A DNA stretch of 39,806 nt, from the IMG/VR virus record IMGVR_UViG_3300014656_006081, positions 1 to 39,806 of that record, one strand, 5' to 3'. Below, in pieces: positions 35,955 through 39,806 of this stretch. The position numbers and the translations under genes were made by a program. Source of the stretch: a virus (lineage: Duplodnaviria > Caudoviricetes). Below the pieces are notes generated by a model that was given only the letters and a program-made list of their open reading frames with translations, was not told the DNA's origin and ran no database searches. How positions within the stretch are numbered: position 1 is the first letter of the stretch; each line of letters starts with the position of its first letter.

Positions 35955-36227
35955 ATGGAAAAGATAATTGTTAACTTATGTGAATCCCTACACCCCCAAA
36001 AACCTACGCGTCAAGCGCGTCTCAAGGCGTGGATGGCGACCTACGGCATCGAGGCACGCGGTTTGGCGCGTGCAGCAGGGGTCAGTCCGCAGATGATGTC
36101 CATGATCATTGCAGGTCGTCGCGCTCCGCGCGAACGCATTGAGCGGTTGGTGCTTGCTGGAGTGCCTCGGGATTTGCTTCCTGAGCCGTCGGAGGGGAAG
36201 CGCAGCTCCAGTTCGTCTGCCGTCTGA
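35955..36227 (+). CDS. Cro-like HTH protein
   Basis: LARAAGVSPQMMSMII; GGAG RBS. Confidence 0.75.
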   Translation: MEKIIVNLCESLHPQKPTRQARLKAWMATYGIEARGLARAAGVSPQMMSMIIAGRRAPRERIERLVLAGVPRDLLPEPSEGKRSSSSSAV

Positions 36228-36298
36228 TCCTGCCTACATTAAATCAATGAAGGTGTTGGCCCGTGCCGACAACGTGAGAAATGAAGGGGAATTACATC

Positions 36299-36760
36299 AT
36301 GACCTTGAAGTTTGAAAAATTGAGCCTGTACGACGCAATCCAGCTGTCTGTGAGCAAGTCTGGCAAAACGCGCGACGAGATCGCCGCCGAGGTCGGCTGG
36401 GCGGCGTCCAATGCCAACCGCATTTTTTCCTCCGAGAACTACTGGCCGAGCCTGCCCACCGTGGCGCGGTTCTGCGTGGCCTGCGGCAACACGCTGCTGT
36501 TGGATTGGTTGCAGGTCCAGGTGCGCTTGGGTGGGCTGAAGTTCGACCCCGAACCCATGGACGCTGCCGACCTGGTGCTTTCCATGGGCCGCATGTTCCG
36601 CGAGCTGGGCGACGTCGCCCGCGTGGGCGAGCGGAGCGTGGCCGACAACAAAATCAGCCCGGACGAGGCCCGCAGGCTCATCAGGGAGCTGTATGAGCTG
36701 ATTGAGGAGGCAATGGGCACGCTCTCCGGGCTGCATGCCGTGCGCGATATGGCCCAGTAA
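36299..36760 (+). CDS. CII-like phage regulator
   Basis: HTH N-terminus, ELGDVA and DNKISPDEARRL typical of CII-family C-termini; alternative start 36281. Confidence 0.7.
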   Translation: MTLKFEKLSLYDAIQLSVSKSGKTRDEIAAEVGWAASNANRIFSSENYWPSLPTVARFCVACGNTLLLDWLQVQVRLGGLKFDPEPMDAADLVLSMGRMFRELGDVARVGERSVADNKISPDEARRLIRELYELIEEAMGTLSGLHAVRDMAQ

Positions 36761-36770
36761 GGCTGAGCGG

Positions 36771-36905
36771 GAATTGTTCGTTGCCCCAGGGGAGTATCCG
36801 TATCCCCCCTCCAACGCGGGGAGGTCGCAACCCCCATTGCCGAAAGGCGGCTTCCCCGCATCCCCTGGCGCAACGAGCATTCACCATCTCCTCAACAGGG
36901 GATGT
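36771..36905 (+). ncRNA. Candidate structured RNA in the early operon
   Basis: About 22-bp closing stem 36771-36793 / 36861-36882, inner stem 36816-36824 / 36851-36859, GCC-GAAA-GGC tetraloop hairpin, further hairpin near 36885-36904. Confidence 0.5.
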
Positions 36906-36946
36906 GGGCCGGACGAGCCCCACCCCAAAACCGCAGGGAGGAAGTC

Positions 36947-37177
36947 ATGAACGCCTTGAACCGATTCGAGAGCACACTGCGCGGGATGAAGCAGATCGCC
37001 TTGGACCTGCGCAGTGAGCAGGTCTGCCGTGAGGAGGATGAATCCTGCGTGACCACGGCGCTGGCCATGTTGGAGATGGTGGGCCGTCGGATGCGCTGCA
37101 ATGTGGCTCGTGGTGTTGCAACCCCTCCCCCGGGCGCGGATTGGCGCGAACGTCAGCTCCCTGCCGGGGACAGATAA
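36947..37177 (+). CDS. Hypothetical early protein
   Basis: GGAGG RBS; 76 aa. Confidence 0.6.
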   Translation: MNALNRFESTLRGMKQIALDLRSEQVCREEDESCVTTALAMLEMVGRRMRCNVARGVATPPPGADWRERQLPAGDR

Positions 37178-37187
37178 AGAGGACGCC

Positions 37188-37406
37188 ATGCTTGTGGATA
37201 CCCTTCGAAACCCGATTGTTCCCCCTGCCGCCACGCCAGAGAATGCCTGGCCCGCAGGTGTGGTGATCGTGGCCGAGAACCGCCACGGAGAGCTCGTTGA
37301 GCGTCGGTTGGACCTTGAGCCAGGCCTGCCCGAGTTTGCGCGCCTGCTGGCCGACCTGCGGCGCTGTGGCTACCGGGGGATCGTGCTGCGCAAGGTGGAA
37401 CAATGA
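37188..37406 (+). CDS. Hypothetical early protein
   Basis: GAGGA RBS; ATGA coupling to the next ORF. Confidence 0.6.
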   Translation: MLVDTLRNPIVPPAATPENAWPAGVVIVAENRHGELVERRLDLEPGLPEFARLLADLRRCGYRGIVLRKVEQ

Positions 37407-37531
37407 GCGGCGTACTGTGGGCCGATGTTCTTGGGCTGGGGTATTTCGCCCTGGGGCTGTGGCTGGTCGTCGCCGTGCTGAGCGAGGTGCTGCGCCTAGC
37501 GCAGGGTTTGGCTAAGAGGGGAGAGCAATGA
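37403..37531 (+). CDS. 42-aa single-pass membrane protein (absent from the ORF track)
   Basis: MSGVLWADVLGLGYFALGLWLVVAVLSEVLRLAQGLAKRGEQ; ATGA overlaps at both ends. Confidence 0.65.
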   Translation: MSGVLWADVLGLGYFALGLWLVVAVLSEVLRLAQGLAKRGEQ

Positions 37532-37812
37532 GTGGTACGTCAGTCTCCCCTGGAATCCTGCGGGCTCTGGCGCGCGCCCAGCAGGCCATGGATCCGGATC
37601 TCGTGGCGCGGGAGTGCAGGGCGGTTGTGCTGTGCTCCGCCATGACGGCGTTGTCTCTGTTCAACTCCATCAAAAAATTTTCGGGCGAGCAGGGCGAAGC
37701 CTCGCGCCTGCGTCGTCGGGCTGAGCTGCTGGTCAGTGAGTTGGGCTCGCTGGAGGCCCTGTGCAGGGTGACTGATGATGGCCGTGGTGACACTCAGGAG
37801 GGGCTCGCATGA
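37528..37812 (+). CDS. Hypothetical early protein
   Basis: ATGA coupling at both ends. Confidence 0.6.
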   Translation: MSGTSVSPGILRALARAQQAMDPDLVARECRAVVLCSAMTALSLFNSIKKFSGEQGEASRLRRRAELLVSELGSLEALCRVTDDGRGDTQEGLA

Positions 37813-38024
37813 ACTGGCCGCAGATCATCCTTGCCGTGCTCTCTGGCAGCGGGATTTTCCTTATTGCTCAGGGGAGCCTTTTTGCGGGCTGCATCCTTGG
37901 TCTTGCCGCCCAACCGTTTTGGATCCGGGAAACGTATCGGGCTCGGCAGTGGGGGATGTTCGCCCTGTCGCTCTGGTACACGTTTGCCTGGAGCAATGGG
38001 CTGTTCGTCAGCCTTGGGAGATGA
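37809..38024 (+). CDS. Small multi-pass membrane protein
   Basis: Hydrophobic; GLAAQPFW and QWGMF motifs; GGAGG RBS. Confidence 0.7.
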   Translation: MNWPQIILAVLSGSGIFLIAQGSLFAGCILGLAAQPFWIRETYRARQWGMFALSLWYTFAWSNGLFVSLGR

Positions 38025-38027
38025 GGG

Positions 38028-38276
38028 ATGTTGCGACCTGGCATGGACATAGTGATGCAGCGCGGAAGGCAGTCGCCCGTCGTGGTGCGGGTGCATCGCC
38101 ACGATGCGCGGGGCTTTTGGATAGGTTTTCAGCATGTGCGTGGGCGCGTGCGTCCAGACCACCTGCGGACCTTTCGCGGGACAGAGGTGCAGGCCGTGCG
38201 CGTGCCGGAGGGTTTTCAGCGAGTGCTGCCAGGTGTGCTGGTGGCGGAAATTGAATGCGAGGAGGGAGCGATATGA
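38028..38276 (+). CDS. Hypothetical early protein
   Basis: Stop overlaps the xis start (ATGA). Confidence 0.55.
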   Translation: MLRPGMDIVMQRGRQSPVVVRVHRHDARGFWIGFQHVRGRVRPDHLRTFRGTEVQAVRVPEGFQRVLPGVLVAEIECEEGAI

Positions 38277-38599
38277 ATGGTGAGAATTTGTTGGGCAAAG
38301 GGTTCAGGGACATCGCCACAGTGGCGATCCAGGACGCCTTGGCCGCCCTCGCGCAGAATGGGCAGATTGTGTTCGTGCGCGAGGCGGAGGATCCGTACCG
38401 GCATCGCCAGGCGTTCACGACGCAGGAGGTGGCCAAGCTCTATGGCGTGTCCAGGCGGACGCTGGAGCTGTGGCGCATGGAAGGGCGCGGGCCTCGGTAT
38501 ACGCGCCATGGCAAGCAGGTGCTGTATCCGCGCGCGGCGCTGGATAATTTCTTCGTCAAACAGGCCGTGCTGACGGTGGATGATGATGGCTTGCTGTAG
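38273..38599 (+). CDS. xis: Excisionase-like HTH protein
   Basis: FTTQEVAKLYGVSRRTLELWRMEGRGPRY...VLY; convergent with the integrase. Confidence 0.8.
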   Translation: MNGENLLGKGFRDIATVAIQDALAALAQNGQIVFVREAEDPYRHRQAFTTQEVAKLYGVSRRTLELWRMEGRGPRYTRHGKQVLYPRAALDNFFVKQAVLTVDDDGLL

Positions 38600-38603
38600 G
38601 CGG

Positions 38604-39806
38604 TCAGTCGCTGATCAAGTCCGCGTCCGTGTCTGCGGCAAGGTCTGCGGCAACGTCGGCGGCGAGGTCTGCGGCCCTCAGTACGTCAGCGATGATAGCC
38701 TGGCGGTCGCGCTCGTGACCGGGGATGAGTTTGGCGTAGCGCAGGGTCATGCTGATCTTTTCGTGGCGCATCAGTTCCTTGAGCTCCTGCAGCGTGACCT
38801 GGCGGGACTGGGCCAGCCAACTGGCGAACGTGTGTCGCAAGGTATGGAAGATCACGTGGTCGCAGGAGCGGGGCCAGCCCTCGTTGAGTTTCAGGTCGGC
38901 CACGGCGCGGCCAAAGGCGGAGCTGATGCCTCTGGTGATGGGGCCGCCATTGCGCGCCTGGAAGATGTGCTCCCCCGGGGCGCGGCCATAGGACTGCAGC
39001 AACTCGATCATGTCCGCAGGGGCGGGGATCGAGTCGCGGCGGCCACCCTTGGCCGTGAAGCGGATTACGCCTGCAGGGGCGTCCAGGTCCGCGCCGGTGA
39101 TGCTGAAGATCTCCACCGCGCGCAGGCCCGTCTTGAGGGACAGCAGGCTCATGTCGTGCAACTGCTTGGAGCGGTTGCGCAGATTCGCCAGCAGGGCCTT
39201 GGCCTCCTGGGGGGTGAGGTAGCGGTTGGATTCGTTGTCGGGCTGGGACAGGGAAAATTTCGAGTTGCGCCGCGAGTTCATCGGATTGGGGCCGGAGTAG
39301 AGCTCCATGCCGATGGCGTGGTTGATGGCGCGGCGGACAAAGGAGAAACAATGATTGACCGATTGCGCGGACATGCGAAGCGCGAGCTTGGTTTTGTGCG
39401 ACACCAGGATGGCCACGGTGATGGAGTCGATGGGCAGGGCGGCGAAGCTGGCGCGCATGTGCTTGTTCCATCGGTTCATCTCCTTGTCGATGAACTTGCC
39501 CTCGGTCTGTGCCCAGGCCTCATAGGATTCCACGGCCTGGCCCACGGTGAAGCGCTGGGCACCCTTGACGGGGATGGGCTTGCCGTCGCGGATGGTGTTG
39601 ACCAGGTCGTTGCGCTTCTGGCTGGCGTATTCGGGCGTAACACCTTCGGAGGCCCAACCGATGGTCTCCCAGTGACCTTTGCCGTCCGCGCCCTTGTACC
39701 AGACCGCATAGCAGCGGTCCGCATGCCCTCGGTGAGGGCGGCGGTTGGGGGATTCACGGTAGTAGACGCCGCGATAGCGGGTCTTGAGGAATTTGCGGGC
39801 TGCCAT
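38604..39806 (-). CDS. int: Tyrosine integrase
   Basis: N-terminal arm-binding domain, TGLRAVEI, KGG, FHTLRHTFASWL, LMRH, TLRYA. Confidence 0.95.
   Translation of the reverse strand: MAARKFLKTRYRGVYYRESPNRRPHRGHADRCYAVWYKGADGKGHWETIGWASEGVTPEYASQKRNDLVNTIRDGKPIPVKGAQRFTVGQAVESYEAWAQTEGKFIDKEMNRWNKHMRASFAALPIDSITVAILVSHKTKLALRMSAQSVNHCFSFVRRAINHAIGMELYSGPNPMNSRRNSKFSLSQPDNESNRYLTPQEAKALLANLRNRSKQLHDMSLLSLKTGLRAVEIFSITGADLDAPAGVIRFTAKGGRRDSIPAPADMIELLQSYGRAPGEHIFQARNGGPITRGISSAFGRAVADLKLNEGWPRSCDHVIFHTLRHTFASWLAQSRQVTLQELKELMRHEKISMTLRYAKLIPGHERDRQAIIADVLRAADLAADVAADLAADTDADLISD
38619..38678. repeat. Five degenerate 12-bp tandem repeats in the integrase 3' end
   Basis: GTCCGCGTCCGT, GTCTGCGGCAAG, GTCTGCGGCAAC, GTCGGCGGCGAG, GTCTGCGGCCCT; encodes AADLAADVAADLAADTDAD. 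Confidence 0.8.

Larger units (their letters stand above)
1..39806. mobile_element. Temperate prophage with lambda-like head and P2-like contractile tail
   Basis: Replication, packaging, head, lysis, tail, immunity and integration modules all present; att ends not visible in the window. Confidence 0.9.

Noticed and set aside
36820-36860. c-di-GMP riboswitch or hammerhead ribozyme
   Set aside because: GAAA tetraloop present but I cannot find the other conserved core nucleotides
38021-38254. Alternative ORF starting MRDVATW
   Set aside because: Composition looks non-coding; the 38028-38276 frame couples to xis and is preferred

Overview
A nearly complete, high-GC temperate prophage of about 40 kb, with a lambda-like head and a P2-like contractile tail. 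Left to right: D5/P4-type helicase, putative origin, Zn-finger primase, ParB-fused DNA methylase, terminase pair, small HTH regulator, first low-GC antisense insert (RelE/Phd-type toxin-antitoxin pair plus a DUF262-HNH GmrSD/SspE-like protein), head genes, lysis genes, baseplate and tail genes, second low-GC insert, then cI/cro/cII-like switch, early genes, xis and a tyrosine integrase. The second insert holds a decayed integrase end, a DUF3800 gene, repeated gene-end scars and a four-gene DNA phosphorothioation-like operon: dndC, a 66-aa protein, dndD, and a DndE fused to an FtsK motor lacking its gamma domain. No dndA, dndB or dndFGH is present in the window. That operon is the best candidate for a new system. 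Other signals are a P2-type E/E' -1 frameshift, a leaderless late promoter with triple 9-bp repeats, a leaderless repressor and a structured RNA candidate after cII. All family calls come from motifs read by eye; no database search was run.
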